This document shows positions 20,344 to 33,747 of a stretch of DNA of 64,000 nt, piece after piece (the first letter of the stretch is position 1; each line of letters opens with the position of its first letter). The DNA is from Perkinsela sp. CCAP 1560/9. Lineage: Eukaryota; Protista; Euglenozoa: Kinetoplastea. The notes beneath the pieces are model-generated. The model was not told the DNA's origin. It searched no databases and saw only the letters and a list, made by a program, of their open reading frames with translations. The position numbers and the translations under genes are program-made. The stretch is taken from positions 702,818 through 766,817 of the forward strand of contig CBFFSA010000010.1 of assembly GCA_965644495.1 (NCBI GenBank), written 5' to 3'.

Positions 20344-21210
20344 ATGGTTTTAAAACGTATTGTTATTAACAAAGACTACATTGCTCTTCTGTTCTGTTCT
20401 TTTATCTTTATGGTGCCCTTTTCAGATACCTCGGCGCTGAGTAGTGGCTCGAATCCCGAACCTTTCTCTGTCCCTCCATCTGAATCTGATGTGGAACCGG
20501 ATGCACGTGAACCTGATGCCCCATATGAGATGAAGTATTCTGAGCTTTCTCTCTGTGGGCTAAGCCACCGAGTTCTTGCCCTGCTAAGGCATTTTTACCC
20601 TTTCGAGGAAATTTTTGCCAGCTTTCTTTTTTTACGATGCGGGGGTAGTTACGACATCACCTCTGAACTTATGCTGTTAAAATTTGGCCCAGGATGGTCT
20701 GAACGCTCTTGTGCCGACAAAATACCGGCTTTTTTCAAGAAAATGTATCAGAATATGAAAGAATCTTGGTTGTCCCTTGACTCTGATATTCTTTTTCACG
20801 AAGCTAACACTGCATTTCCTTTCTGGGATAAAGATGTTACAGTGGCTTTGGGCACTGTCCTTCTTTTTGTTGATAGCTTACCTCGTTGTTACCAGCCAAA
20901 GTACGCTACGCACGTAGTTAAGGCTCTCGTGGCGTGTACAATGTCAGGATTTGTTTGCTTCACATCTGACACTTTGTATTGTGGAGCATCTTCGGATGCA
21001 GTTATTCAAGATCACAGCGGGGTCCTCAGTTTTTTGTCGAAATGCAATCTTCGCGCTCTTGCGGATGGGAGGTTTTATGACAGTCGCACTAATAGGCTGA
21101 TACTGCCTCATTCAAAGGAGACTGTGCAAGTCTTGGTTGGCATGAGTTGGCATGAATTGGCACAAGTTGGCATGAATTGGCATAAGTTGGCATGAGTAGC
21201 CATATTTTTG
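20344..21210 (+). pseudogene. PIF/Harbinger-like transposase fragment, copy 2
   Basis: Same motifs as 5760-6370 but DTVP>GTVL and DGGF>DGRF; ends in TTGGCATGAA 10-bp repeats. Confidence 0.7.
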
Positions 21211-21289
21211 TTTTATCAGCCAATTTAAATCTTTTTTCGGTGCGTTCTACAAAATTTAGTTACAAATGTATATTCGTTAAAAGTCATCT

Positions 21290-21525
21290 AAAGGACGACA
21301 ACCTGGTGTCGTTTATCTCGGGACTGCAGGTGACAATACAGAACAAACACACCTACTTGAAGCACCTCATTTCAGTGCTAACAAAAGCGCAAAGACCGGC
21401 AACCCATTCGGAGTTGCTAGCAAAGACGCTGGTCCGGTCCAGCGCGTCGATACCGCTGCGACAGGCGCGCCCGATAACCAAAGAACAAATAACTACCTTA
21501 TTGAGGGAGATACTACTCCCTCGCT
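21290..21525 (+). pseudogene. Possible tyrosine-recombinase fragment of a TATE/VIPER-like retroelement
   Basis: ASIPLRQARPITKEQITTLL resembles the A..P..QA.P.T segment of kinetoplastid YR-element recombinases (recalled similarity only). Confidence 0.35.
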
Positions 21526-21861
21526 ACCCAGTATTAATAAAATTTGGCCCGAAAAAAGTTTTTCCGGAAAAGGTTTTTTTCGCAAAGAACCAAAGGCAGC
21601 ACCATAAGGAAAGAAGAATTTTAGGAAAGAAAAACGCACCTTTTGGACGACTCGAGACCCCCTTCGGAAGCGATTTACAAACCCGAATTTCCCACGTATG
21701 ATTTTTGCAACTTGAAGTTTGGGATACGCAAGACCGTAGAGGAAGGGGGAGGCGCAAGGCAAAAGGCAGAAGGCGGAGCCTTCCGCCTTTTTGCCGCAGA
21801 GACGACGACTTCCTCGCGTGGGAAGCTGTATGGAGTCCTAGGGAACATGTTTTTCCTATGT

Positions 21862-22043
21862 AACCCAGGGCAAAGTGGACGAGGGAGATACCAAAAGTTT
21901 AGGTGCGGCAGTTTCCAAAGGAAAAACAGTATCTCCCTTATGGCATGAAGGCAAGCGCCTAAAACGGTAGAGATGCCGTTTTTCCTTTGGAAACTGCCGC
22001 AGCTAAACTATTGGTATCTCCCTCGTCCACTTTGCCCTGGGTT
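21862..22043. mobile_element. ~180-bp palindromic MITE with CCC...GGG ends
   Basis: AACCCAGGGCAAAGTGGACGAGGGAGATACCAA / TTGGTATCTCCCTCGTCCACTTTGCCCTGGGTT. Confidence 0.8.
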
Positions 22044-22090
22044 GCCTCGCATGACTCCCGAAATGAAGCTTAAATCCGTATTTACATATA

Positions 22091-23022
22091 AACCCCCGCT
22101 CACGAAAAGTGACCCCCCACTTTTTTTTCGTACAAATGTCCGTTTGAGCTGATTTTTGTTGCATTTTGCAGATCTCAACACAAGGACTTTGCGCGTGAAG
22201 AAATGAGACAAAAAGAAACGAATACGCACAATTTAGAGAAGAATTAACATTTTTTTACTTTTTCGCCCTTCAATCTTATACACTCCTTAAGTCGAGAATC
22301 AAAACTTAATACTGTTTTGTCGATCACTTTTTGAGTTAAAGAAGACCATGCTTTACGTACACATCGGATAAGTGAAGGCTTGTCCGATGGCGTTTGTTCG
22401 TCTACCGCCTCTTGGACCATAGACCAGACGTTTTCTATGGGGGAAAGGTCGGGCGAGTTGGGGGGCCAGTTTCTTAGAACATCACTCATTCGATTCTCAA
22501 TATACTCTTTGGAGGCACGGGCAGTATGTGCCGTTGCCCCATCCTGTTGAAATACACTATTAGGGGGGAAATCTACCTGTTTTGATGTTTCTATGTACGT
22601 CTTACTTGTAATAGATGTGTCATTTGGTAGAATAAACAAATACCTCCACCCACAGGACTCAAAGTGTATTCCCCGCTAGATTTTTTTTCGTTCAGATATT
22701 TTTTGATTATCCTTCTAGAGACGTTAAAATCACGGGATAATTGTTTTATCGGAACACCTTCTGCATGTCTCATCTTCAAAAGAACCTTACCACTATCCGT
22801 AAGCGCCCCTTTTGGAAGCCGATATGGTGATTTGGTCATTTTTGGAAGAAAAAGTTGAAAAGCCAATTATTTTTTTTGACTAAATTTTAAAATTTTAAAA
22901 TGAGCTAAAAACAGCGGGAACGTGCAGATCTCGAAATTTTGAACGAAACCGTGGTATGATAACCCACCCACGCCCCCATGTGCTAAAAATAAGGGGGGGT
23001 CACTTATTCGTGAGCGGGGGTT
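22091..23022 (-). mobile_element. Internally deleted Tc1/IS630-like transposon (DD35E) with TIRs and TA TSD
   Basis: TA|AACCCCCGCTCACGAA...TTCGTGAGCGGGGGTT|TA; HTH ORF 22591-22866; QQDGATAH...WPPNSPDLSPIENVW in ORF 22244-22639. Confidence 0.9.
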
Positions 23023-23845
23023 TATTTCCGCACCCCGGGTTAATCGGGCTGCGAAGCAACGGTTTAGGTGTTATTATAATTTTAGATCTACAATTCTATT
23101 TTCTGCACATATTTTTTTCATGGCTACTGTAAAGTGGCCATAGGCCAGGGGCATTGTATACAATGCAGGGGCTTAGCGACCCCCGCCTTCCGAGCTTTTC
23201 CGTCCACAGCAACGGTTTTTTGCGCATATTCTTTTGTCTCGTATCTGAGTTTTCTGTGGTTTTCTTGGTGCCGTGCGAATCCTAGGATTTCTTTGTCCAG
23301 GTAATTTTTTGATTAACTTGCGCGCGCTTCTATATTTAATATGGTATCACGATCTTTAAATCAATGGAAAATCACATTTCTAATAAGAGTCACGGATATT
23401 ATTTTGCTTTCACGTTTCTACATTTTTTTTTCGTAACGTTTTTTTTTCATGACTGCACCCACATCCCTACGTGACAAATGGCCTAGCCATCATCATGACT
23501 GCACATGCGTTTACTCCCGAGTCGAAAACCACCTCAAAAGTAATTAAAATCACCTTCGATGAGTTTCTTTCGTTTCAATGATTTTCGTTTTGACACGTGG
23601 GCGTTTTGATGAGTACTCACGGAAGTGTCCTCGTACCCCAATTTTTTTGAATAGGACCGAAATGCGGGACAGCGATATTCCTGTTCCCGGAACAGTGTTC
23701 CGTGTTCCATGGAACCCCGATGTATGAATGAAGAAATAGTGTTGCATACAGATATTTTCCATCGAATTCTTCGCAGATATTGTCAGCAAAAAGGTATCGA
23801 AAGTTGGTTTTGAGCGAACCACCTCCCGATATTAAACTTTAAGGT

Positions 23846-24454
23846 TCAGACCAATATATTAGTTCTTTGCCACCCAAACGTCCTAAGTGAATCCGGAAGG
23901 TCACGTATGTATACAAAACCGGAAAGGTCTATGTTATCATTTAAACGTAATTCTTTCATACTATGCGGTAAATGACACAAGTCGACCGTCCCACTAAATT
24001 TATTCAAAGAAAAGTTTGCGTCCGTGATGGTAGGCGGCAGTGCCTCAAGCTCAAGTACTCCAGAAAACTCGTTTTCTTGTAGCTGCAACCCCTTCATATT
24101 TCGTGGCAATGCAACGATATCAACCGAGCCATGAAGCTCATTGTTCGCCAAACTTAGGTGTTTTACAGAGTTCGGAATATATTCCCATGAAACGTTTCCA
24201 TTAAGTTTATATCCATACCAATAAATATCTTGCACATTTTCGTTCTTGTCGCACACAACACCTTTCCAGGAACCTGTTGATACCGATGCGTCCCATGTGG
24301 GATGTCTATTTGCGAAGGTCTGAACAAAACGAGCAAGTTCATATTCCGAAGGAAGTTGAACTCCACGTACCTTACCTGCTAAAGGGGGGTGAGTGTCACG
24401 GCACAAAAAACCTGGATTTGTAGGTACACGACTTTGCAGATCTGTGAGAAACAT
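23846..24454 (-). CDS. Short leucine-rich repeat protein
   Basis: AGKVRGVQLPSEYEL; W.GVVCD cap; N.L.G/N.FSG..LP repeats; first ATG at 24454. Confidence 0.85.
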   Translation of the reverse strand: MFLTDLQSRVPTNPGFLCRDTHPPLAGKVRGVQLPSEYELARFVQTFANRHPTWDASVSTGSWKGVVCDKNENVQDIYWYGYKLNGNVSWEYIPNSVKHLSLANNELHGSVDIVALPRNMKGLQLQENEFSGVLELEALPPTITDANFSLNKFSGTVDLCHLPHSMKELRLNDNIDLSGFVYIRDLPDSLRTFGWQRTNILV

Positions 24455-24644
24455 TACGCGAAAAACGCAAAAAGTGTTGATAGAATAAAAGACGAATAAA
24501 TTCCTCCTCAAAAGTAATGTGCACTAAACAGTAGTTACAAGTAAACGGTAGTTACTGTACCACCCCGTTTATAATAGCCTCGCTTTTGCCCAATGAAACC
24601 TATAAAGGGGGGAGGGTGATTACTAAGTGTCCCAAGGCCACTTA

Positions 24645-25620
24645 GAGGGGTGACTCCTGCCCGGGCGCTCCCAGTAAACTTCTACGGAGATCCGACTTGG
24701 TAAAATGATTTTTTCTCAAAGAGGTCCGGAATCCTCAATGCCCCTTGGATGGAACATGCTGGGCTAACATGACAAAGAGATAGAAAGGGAGTCCGGCGTT
24801 GGGCTGTCGTCCGTGATGGGGCATGGCGACCCCAGCCTTCCGAAGTAAGGACTTCCAGCTAGCTGCAGGGATTTATCCATTACTATTCCTGCTTAACCCC
24901 TACTCGCGGAGTCGTTAACCGCGTTCCGGGGTTGTAAGACGGCGTGGTAGGTCCATCTCCAGGAATACGTTGTTAGCACCACCTTTTCTCGCGTGCCAAC
25001 CTTGTAACCTCGATGGAGGTGGAACTGCACTCGTGCAAGCTGTGGTCGAATCCCACCCCATCTCCGGAGGAGTGGAGGCGTAAAAAACTTCGTTTCTCCA
25101 GTCAGGACCGTCCCGGACTAACAATCTGGGGTAGTGGAGTTTTAGCGGGTGAGCTAGCAGAGTCCCTGACGCAGTCCGATACTACAACACTCTGCTCATT
25201 CGACCAAGAAAATCCCACCGGTTGGACGGTCCTTAACGTTATGTGTATTGCGGTGGTTGTTTAACTACCGATGTACCCTCGATTATTAAAAAAAAGTGAA
25301 CAAATTTTCCACCCCCACGTGAGGGTGACCCCCCCTGGTATCCGCAGGAAGGGTCCGCCAAGTTCGGATTTTTCACGAAAAAAAAGTTGGAAAAAATCCT
25401 AGGCGGGATCCTAGGCGCTCCCACCCAGAGTCACCCCTCTAAGCACAATGTATTATTAACATGGTTTATTACATGTCGAAACCCTCGTTTAAGTTCTGCA
25501 GAATAACAATACCAGTAACATGATTTCTGTATTTCCGATTGAAGCAAAAAATATTAAGAAACTAAGGAAGAAAATTTTGACGAAAGATATCCTAGGCGCT
25601 CCCACCCAGAGTCACCCCTC
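24645..25620. mobile_element. TIR element with TTA TSD (PIF/Harbinger-type), duplicated right end, carrying a family H fragment (25247-25397)
   Basis: TTA|GAGGGGTGACTC...GAGTCACCCCTC|TTA; second right end at 25428-25443. Confidence 0.6.
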
Positions 25621-26082
25621 TTAGTATATCTACCCCCCTCCCAGCAACAGGAGCGGGAGACGTCCCTTTTTTAGAAGCAACAGAGCAACTTTTCTAGCAA
25701 TCACACGGTAAGAAGTCGCATTTTGAGGTCAAGACACCATTATTCTAGCAACTGCAGATAAGCAACGGCGCGATTTTTTTTCTGCTTTTTAGACAAAATT
25801 TAGTATACCGTATCCACTTAGTATACCTACTAGGTATACTATCCTGGAACATGGTTTACTATCACCGCCCTCCGACGAAAATGGAAATACTCATCGAAAC
25901 GACCCCTGCACATGGTAGTTTGGATGAGTACTTTCTTCCGTGGTGCATCCGTGGTCAGCTCCCCCTCTGATTAATTTTGATAAATGGTATTTTTTTGAGC
26001 ATTTCGAAGCATTTTTTTTATCAAAAGTTTTGTGTTTTAAAAAATGATAATTTTTTTTGGTAGTAAGTTTCATCGCTTTAAA

Positions 26083-28115
26083 ATGCCTCGGAAACGCATG
26101 TCACATGAAATGGGTGGCATGGACGAATTTACGTCGATAGGAGGACGTCCTGCACTCAGTTGGCTAATGAAAAAAAATAGGTGGCTTAATTCTCTGTTCG
26201 AAAGAGACGGAAACAATGACTTGGCAACAGAGGTTTTTTTTCCGTTCGAACGCCTTGCACAAAGTTATATCGATGCTTCCGTAAACTAATTTATGGTGGA
26301 GGTGGGTCTTTTCCATGCCTCGGAGGCGAAAAGTATAGCTGAAGCAGAAGGAGTTGAAAGAACCTTCATTCTGTGTAAATCATTCGGTGAGTTGCATTCT
26401 ATTGAAGCAGATGGTTTACCTCTTTTTTGGGATAAAAAGACGAATCGAATGCAGTTCCAAATACTAGGTATTCACCATCCTCATGCAAATAATAATCTTC
26501 CGCAGGTCGAAATCGAACCGGAAGAAGTAAACGAAAACAGAGTTGCAGTACGCAAAAACCTATCTTTAGAGGTAAAGCAGTCGGTGTGCGATGCCGTTGA
26601 CTTTTTAATGAGCTGAAGCTCGATATTTGTGCGTAACCGAAGGCCTAGCATTAATGAATCGCATTGGACAAACATTTGCCCACGAATCAAGGAACTTTTT
26701 TTTCATTTTCTGATCGCATCGATTATCAGTGTATTCGTCGTTGGTGGCAAAGGCGCAATTTGTACGCGCAATCTCTTCAACCTTTGACAATCAACAACAA
26801 GCGCCCAAGCATATTCTCTCATTATGTGGATCTTATTAGTGCACTACTGCTTGAATTATGCCTTCATGGCATTCCAGTGAGCAAATGTCTTCTTTGGGTT
26901 GTAATGAGCGAGACCTTGCGAGAACCTAGTGAAGAATGGAAGGATATAGTTTCTAAAATATTAGATGCATCTCTCGAAAATCAAAAAGAAAACGATTCAC
27001 TCAACAGTGAAAGTACAGAACTTATTGCGCCTTTCTGTCCTTCATATCCTACGGTTGTATCTTGGCTCAAGAAAATGAACATTTATTTTAAGAGTGCCAA
27101 AGCCACGATGCAAAGTTCATTTCCCGCAAATATTGAGGAGCTCGGAAGAAACGTGCTCCTTCGTATATGCGATCTAGTTCGGCAAGAGTGGAATGGACAA
27201 ATATTCACGTCTTTGCTTGTCAATATGGACGAAACCTCTGTAGCCTACAATTGTCTACCTGAGCGTACCCTCGCTCCGAGCGGACTGCAAGTCGGCAGTA
27301 TGGCACTCGCTGACAAAAGAAGCGCAACGCTGATAGCTACAGCAGCATTTAATGGATGTATTCTTCTTCCGTTCGTAATTTGGAATGGAAAGGAGCGCCA
27401 TCGCGGAGCTCATGTACAAACATGTACGGACACAGTACAATGCCAAACGGAAAACCATTATACATGGTTATGGCCTGTATTTTTTTGGTTATGCCTGTAT
27501 ATCAACAGGCGCGCTTCTTGAATATGTAGAAAAAATTCTCTACCCTTATTACATTGAGCAGGTTTCTGAGCTTCATTTAAAAAACAACGAACCGCTAATA
27601 CTTTTGATAGACTGTTGCAGCGTGCACATCTCGGAAGCCACGAAATCTCAAATAGTCAATGAATGTCGCCATGGCGGAAAATTTTATTGGATTCGTGTCT
27701 TATACATGTATGTCCCAGAAAATTGCCCTGGAAAGCTCCAACCGTGCGATGTTGGAGTTTTTAATCGTCTGAAACCTCAAATCCGATATCACAGAACTTG
27801 CGTTCTTTTCAAATATTGCAAAGAGAAACGTCTGCGTGGTGAACGCATTGGAGATGCGAAATCCCTTGGGGCTCGAATATCGAAGGGGCAATTGTTGTTT
27901 GCTATTGGCGAGGCATTCCAGTGGATGACATCCCCGAAACAAGTACAAGCGACTGTAAATGCATAGGAACGGTGTGGCATTAGCTTGAATACCTTGAGCG
28001 ACGCATCGACTACAACCGAAGCATGGGCCCGTAGACGCAACCTGTTCAACGGTATCCCATCAGAAGCAGAAGAAGAGGGGCAAGAACCAGATTTTGTCGA
28101 AATTTCTCAGAACTA
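26083..28115 (+). pseudogene. pogo/Tc2-like (DDE_1) transposase relic
   Basis: VNMDET; LPFVIW.GK; LLIDCCSVH; P.N..GKLQPCDVG.FN.LK; VNA*ERCGI; several frameshifts and stops. Confidence 0.85.
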
Positions 28116-28569
28116 GATGTTCTGTCCTCCGTGGGTCTCTCTGCAATAAAATAAAAATAATCTCTCGGAGATGTAAGTTTCAATGGGCGTTCAGGTATGG
28201 AATATGATTTTTTGATTCTGAATGGGGTATTAATTTTGTAACTCTTCTTTATCTTTTCGAACGGTTAAATTATTTTGCGCGCAATCACTAGCCCCAATTA
28301 TTATATGAGCCATTGTACATTGCTGCAGGTTGCACGGATGAAGAAAAGTTTGTCTGAGTTCTCAATCTTTTTAGTTAATTCGACATTCCATTCTAGTATA
28401 TTTTGATAAATAATAATAATAAATTGTGTACATTTATCATTTATCATTATCAAAATTAATCAGTCGGGGAGTAAATTGTTGCCAGGTTCTGACGCTAAAT
28501 AATACACAATCCTGCGGAAGTGGCAGACATGGGTTCGACGCAGGTCGCCAAAAAGTATAATTATGCCCC

Positions 28570-28715
28570 AGGGCTACGCTCACAGTTGGGCCCTTCTCGC
28601 AAACGGGGGCTTTTGCCTCTAGATGTGGGCTTCGCTCACAGTTTAGCCTTCCTCGCAAACAGGGGCTTTTGCCTCCGGACGTGGGCTACGCGAGTTGGGC
28701 CTTGCCTCCAGACAT
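28570..28715 (+). repeat. ~56-bp degenerate tandem repeat
   Basis: GGGCT.CGCTCACAGTT..GCC...CTCGCAAAC.GGGGCTTTTGCCTC x2-3. Confidence 0.7.
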
Positions 28716-28881
28716 GTAAACTTCTCCCCCTAGATCTCCCCCTGGACCCCCCCATGGACTCCCCCCCATGAACCACTCCCCCATGGACAACCCCCATAGA
28801 CCCCCCCCCCCTAGACGCCCCATTTTGGACCACCGGGGCCCCCTTTTATATTTTTTTCTTCCAACTTTTTCTTCTTTATTA

Positions 28882-29125
28882 CCGTATACCCCCCAGTAAT
28901 AGAATCGATTTTGGACCCAAATGGTCAAATCTCTGTTACTGGGGGGGGTATGCTTTTTTGGTGGGAAAAGAACTTTTTTGCTCATGGGTGCTTTGATTTT
29001 CTGTCCAGACAACCCCGCAACTACGCCATTCGCTCCCGCGCAACCACCCTCACCCAGCCCAGCGACCCCCACCCCCTCAAACACCCCCTCCCCACTCCAA
29101 CCACCCTCCCGAGCCAATCCACTCG
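28882..29125 (+). mobile_element. Left end of a CCGTA-terminated (Tc2/pogo-type) element related to 59966-60603
   Basis: TA|CCGTATACCCCCCAGTA; one copy of the 170-bp unit. Confidence 0.7.
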
Positions 29126-29818
29126 TTGAGAGGCTGCAAGAAGCCTTTCGGCTACGCAGCGTCGTTGAGAGGCTCTCCTCGCCGTCCATCCAGCGGGGGC
29201 ATTCGGCGCGTCTGACGCGCTGCACGGGTGTGCGGAGCGGCGGCCCCTCTTCAACGGAAAGAAGAGTATCCGGCCCTAGCGCCAGCCGGAAACGGACATA
29301 CATAAAAGGTTAAGAGTATCAGTGCCCTCCAGAAAATGTGTTAAGTCATATTCTCGCGGTAGTTGTGCTCCGCGCACCTTCCCTGGGCGTGAGTGGTGCG
29401 AGCTACTGCAGGAAGTATCTGCAGTGTGCTAAAGGAAAAAGCTTTCTTGTGATTTTCTACTGCAGGGAAAAAAACACGAACCGCGTAAAAATTAGAGTCA
29501 ACGTCGTTGACTATTCGTTGAACGAAGGCGACTTCAGACAAGCACAAATTTGCAAAGGATTATGAATAATCAGTTGTACTATATCTACCTAAGAGGATAC
29601 AAAAATAGAACGAAATATAAAATTTGACTACAATTCCGTCTCATACATGGCAGATCTTTTCGTCCAGAAAAGACAGTTCTTGGTAGACATATGAAGGGTT
29701 GTGGGTGTCACACTTAAGCTTGCGTGATCTCAGTTTGCTCGTTACCCACAACATCTCACACATGTGAGGAGCTGCGAGTGAGGCCCAAAAAGAGATCACT
29801 TGAGATCACGCGAGATCA

Positions 29819-32800
29819 CACACACACACACACAACACTGAAGGCATTACCCTTCAGTTGAGAAACTGTTCAAGCTTCACTAAATATATGCTCCTAAAAC
29901 TAGAACTAATAGAATTTGATTCCCACACCATCGTGCGCCCTATTGGTAGATATATTTTTCCATTACTTTCGTTTTGAGTACACCACTGAGTTTACAGGTT
30001 GGATGTTCGGAAATGTTTCTTTTCGCTTTGTTCAAATTCTGCGTTAGCAAGCGAAGACGCGGTGTCTAGTAACTTACCTTTTCTCTTACGCCGCATCCGA
30101 CGCTCCTCACGGGTTGGGTTCGTGGTTTTCTTTTCTATTGTTTTAAGGCACGCTATCCACTCATATTCGGAGTGGGCCGATTCATTTCCTCGGTTCAGGT
30201 TTTTTCTTCGTTTAGAAATAGGTTCCGAACTAACGAGCTTTTTACTTAAGGTATCCGCTTCTTCATTCCATTTATTCCCACAATGGCCTCGGACCTTAAT
30301 AAAGGTGATGGTTCTCCCCTGACAATGCGCTGATCGAATAAAACTATCCAGAAAACTAAGCAGATCGGAATTCGATCCTTCAAAACCAACCAGTCGATCT
30401 TTCCTTCGGCGCATATTTACAAAATTCCACACATAATACGAATCTGTGTGTACAACAACATTTTCAACTTCTTTTAGTTTACTCAAACCAAATAGGGCAG
30501 CGTGAATTTCGGCTCTTTCAGGAGATTTGGTTTCCAGGTAGGATAGGGAGGACGAAAAACTTTCATGCTTCTCTGCGTTTACTATTACACATCCAACTGC
30601 TACCTTTACCCTTGTGTCCGTATCATCGGAGATAGAAGCATTCACGTACGCATGCATTTCCTCTGGTTTTACAGGAAAAGGGGTTTCCCCTTCTTCGATA
30701 AATTGTAATTTATTACACACTGTTTCTTTTAAAGCGTTTTTGTATGCTAGTTTCCATTTAGGACTTTTGTAGCCAATATAAGACTCTGAGGGCTCGAGTC
30801 TCTCTGAGAGGTTTTCAATTAATTTGGCCCAGTGTGCGCGATCAGAGGCATATACAAGCATTTCTTCCATCTCAATCCCAAGGTCTTGTGCGCATGCTTC
30901 GGAAGGCGATGGAAATCTCGCCTTTTCCCGGGAGCCCCATCCTACTAAAGAGCGGTAGATCTCAGAGTGCCTAATTTGGTGACCCACAAGGCGCGCCCGA
31001 TTAATACGATGTATTGTATTGAAATGTAGCGTGTTGTGGTACAGAGATTCAATAGGATAACAATGCCCATTCTCATCAACTCCTACGGCGTCACACACGA
31101 TGCGCCTCATGTTGTTTACTTGTACTTCAACGTTTCTCACCTGCGATGCCGATATCACCATGGATGACGTACCGTAGTTTAGTATGGGATAGACAAGGGT
31201 GTCAAAAATTCGAAGCTTAGCCTTTACGCGAAGAGGCGAGATCCAAATACCTCGTAGTTTGCTAAAACACGCCCACGTCAAACGTAATCTGTCGGTTAAT
31301 GTTAATTTAGGCTCGGTTTCATGCTGAACATGCCCCAGATGGCGGTACGATTTTACTTTCGGAATGTTCCCACAAGTTGATGAAAGGAGATCGCCATCCT
31401 TATTCTCATTCTTCGAGATGGACATCCATGCCGTTTTGTTGACACCAGCGGCTATACTCAAATTAGCTTTGGATGCTTCAGTAGCGACGCTGTCGACCAT
31501 CCTTTCTAATGAACGTTTGGAGTCGGAAAACAGGATCAAATCATCAGCGTAATCAATATCAGTCACTCGTGTTGATTTATATCCACGTTTTCTGGTTCCG
31601 GCGGAGCTCAGCGTTAGTCCATCATCTTTAATTTTCAATGCCGCGTGAAGGATGCGATCGAGAACCATGATAAATAAATACGGAGCCAGCACATCCCCTT
31701 GCAAAATACCCGAGGTAATAGGAAAGGAGCTGGTTTTCCCAAACGGGGTACGTACAATGGCCTCTAAGCCCTCGTAGGCCGACATTGCAAGGGTTGTCAT
31801 TCGAGGTCCTACGTGGAACGAATGTAACGCTGCCCTGATAGATGAGTGTGAAAGCGATGGAAAGGCACTCGCGAAGTCGATGAAAGCAATCATGACATTT
31901 TCGTGACTTCGATTCCGTCTTGATTTCGTGAGGATTTCATTGAGAATAATTTGGGCTCCACAGGTGGACCTCTCCGGGCGGAAACCATATTGATTTTCCC
32001 GTAGAACTCGCTCGGTCGAGGGCCGAATACGATTCAAAATCATACCGTTAATTAGCTTGAGGATAACGTTGACAAGACATATTGGGCGCCAATTCCGCAG
32101 CTCGGAAAGATCACTTTTTTTCGGTACGGGGACTTGCAGAACGGTTTTCCAGAGATGGTGCGTCTTTCCCGTTTCAAGGGCTTTGTTGATGATTCCAAGA
32201 AGGAGATGGCGTAAAGAATTTTCTTCGAGTATGGATATGTACGCTTCCGCTGGTATCTCGTCGAGTCCTGGAGCTTTTCCTCGTTTAAGTCTACGCGCAG
32301 CGCATGCAAGTTCATCTTCTGTGAAAGGTGAATCCATGATTTCTCCTTCAAAGTTTTTGGCCTCATCAAATTCAACTTTTGTGTCTCCAACACCTCGGTT
32401 AGCAATTTTAGAGAAGAAGTCCTTAACGGCTGCTAGTCGTTTCCGGTTTGATTGACCTGCGCAATAATTAAAAACTGTTTTCCTCATTCCGCATATTTCG
32501 CGAATGAATCTCCAAGGGCTGGAATGGTTTTTCCGTAGTTTTTCTTGGAGAATTGCACATTCAGCTTCAATTGTGTCCTCAATTTGCTCACGGCTCTTGT
32601 CTACAAGACCTTTGAATGTATGCGCATTTCGACTAGATTTGTACAGGGCGCTGAGTGATAATATTTCCTCTTGTTTGTTTGTTTCTTCTCGTTGCCCATT
32701 GGATTTACTTAAGTCACTTGGTGCATCGAAATCCGGAAGTGTTTTCTGTGCCGCATATAGTATCCCCTCTGATAAAACCTCCCACGGGTCGGGTCTTCCC

Positions 32801-33747
32801 TCTCCGATTACTTTGAAAACAGCTTGTTGGGTACATTTATTGAATTCCTTGCAAATATTTTCTGATTTTAGGTTGTACCATGGCAAATGATTGCCAGGTT
32901 GTGTTTCATGCGCTTTCCACTTAATCTTGAGACGGGTGACAACCGAGCAGTGCTGCGTTGGGAAAGGAGCAAGTAAAACTTTATGATGTTGTATTGCTGA
33001 CGCGTATCGATTGGAAATTATAATATGATCTAATTGTCTCTCAGCGCCATTGGGAAGTTTACAAGTCCACTTTCGAGAGCTTGGTGAGAGAGTGTGGGCA
33101 GACTTGCAACCAACGTCTACAAGTAAGGCGCGAAATCGAGCTACAGCTGCTTTGTCTTCAGCAGTTTTGTTGACCAGCGTTAAAGGGGAATTAAAATCTC
33201 CAATTAAGATCGTAGGTCGTTGGGGGTTCGTGGATTCAAGATCGCGAACGGCCTTTCTTAAAGAAGCGTCGAAGGTAGATTTCATTTCCTTAGAAGAATC
33301 CCTAATGGGACCGTACACATTGAATAGTGTAGCGTTCCCGTTTTCCCAAGGAAACTGTGCAGTCATAATCCGTTCTGAGATAACCCGCACCTTTTCCAAT
33401 GGAAAAGTACTAACGAGCGCCATTCCGTTGTAAGAACGGTCGGACGTTGCTGAGGAAAAATATAAGTAATACGTAACGCCGGTGTCCTCCGTTTGCTGAC
33501 GTAGAATCTCACCAAAGAGACGAGAATCAAAACGGAACCTCGTTTCCTGCAACCCCAGTATGTGAATCCTCTTGCTACTCATAAGGTTCAATATTTCCTT
33601 CAATCGGACACACGATCGAATAGAAAACAAATCCCCCCCCTCTAATTTTAATGAGGTCACATTCAGGGTCGCTATGGACAACTTCTCCTTCCGCGAGATC
33701 TCCGGGAGCGGATTTGGCTCGGGAGGGCGGTTGGACGATGTCAAAAC
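29819..33747 (-). mobile_element. Non-LTR retrotransposon (RTE-like RT) with (TG)n tail and candidate 17-bp TSD
   Basis: GAGATCACGCGAGATCA (29802-29818) vs GAGATCACGTGAGATCA (33748-33764); (CA)n at 29817-29834; 3' stem-loop at 29838-29857. Confidence 0.8.
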
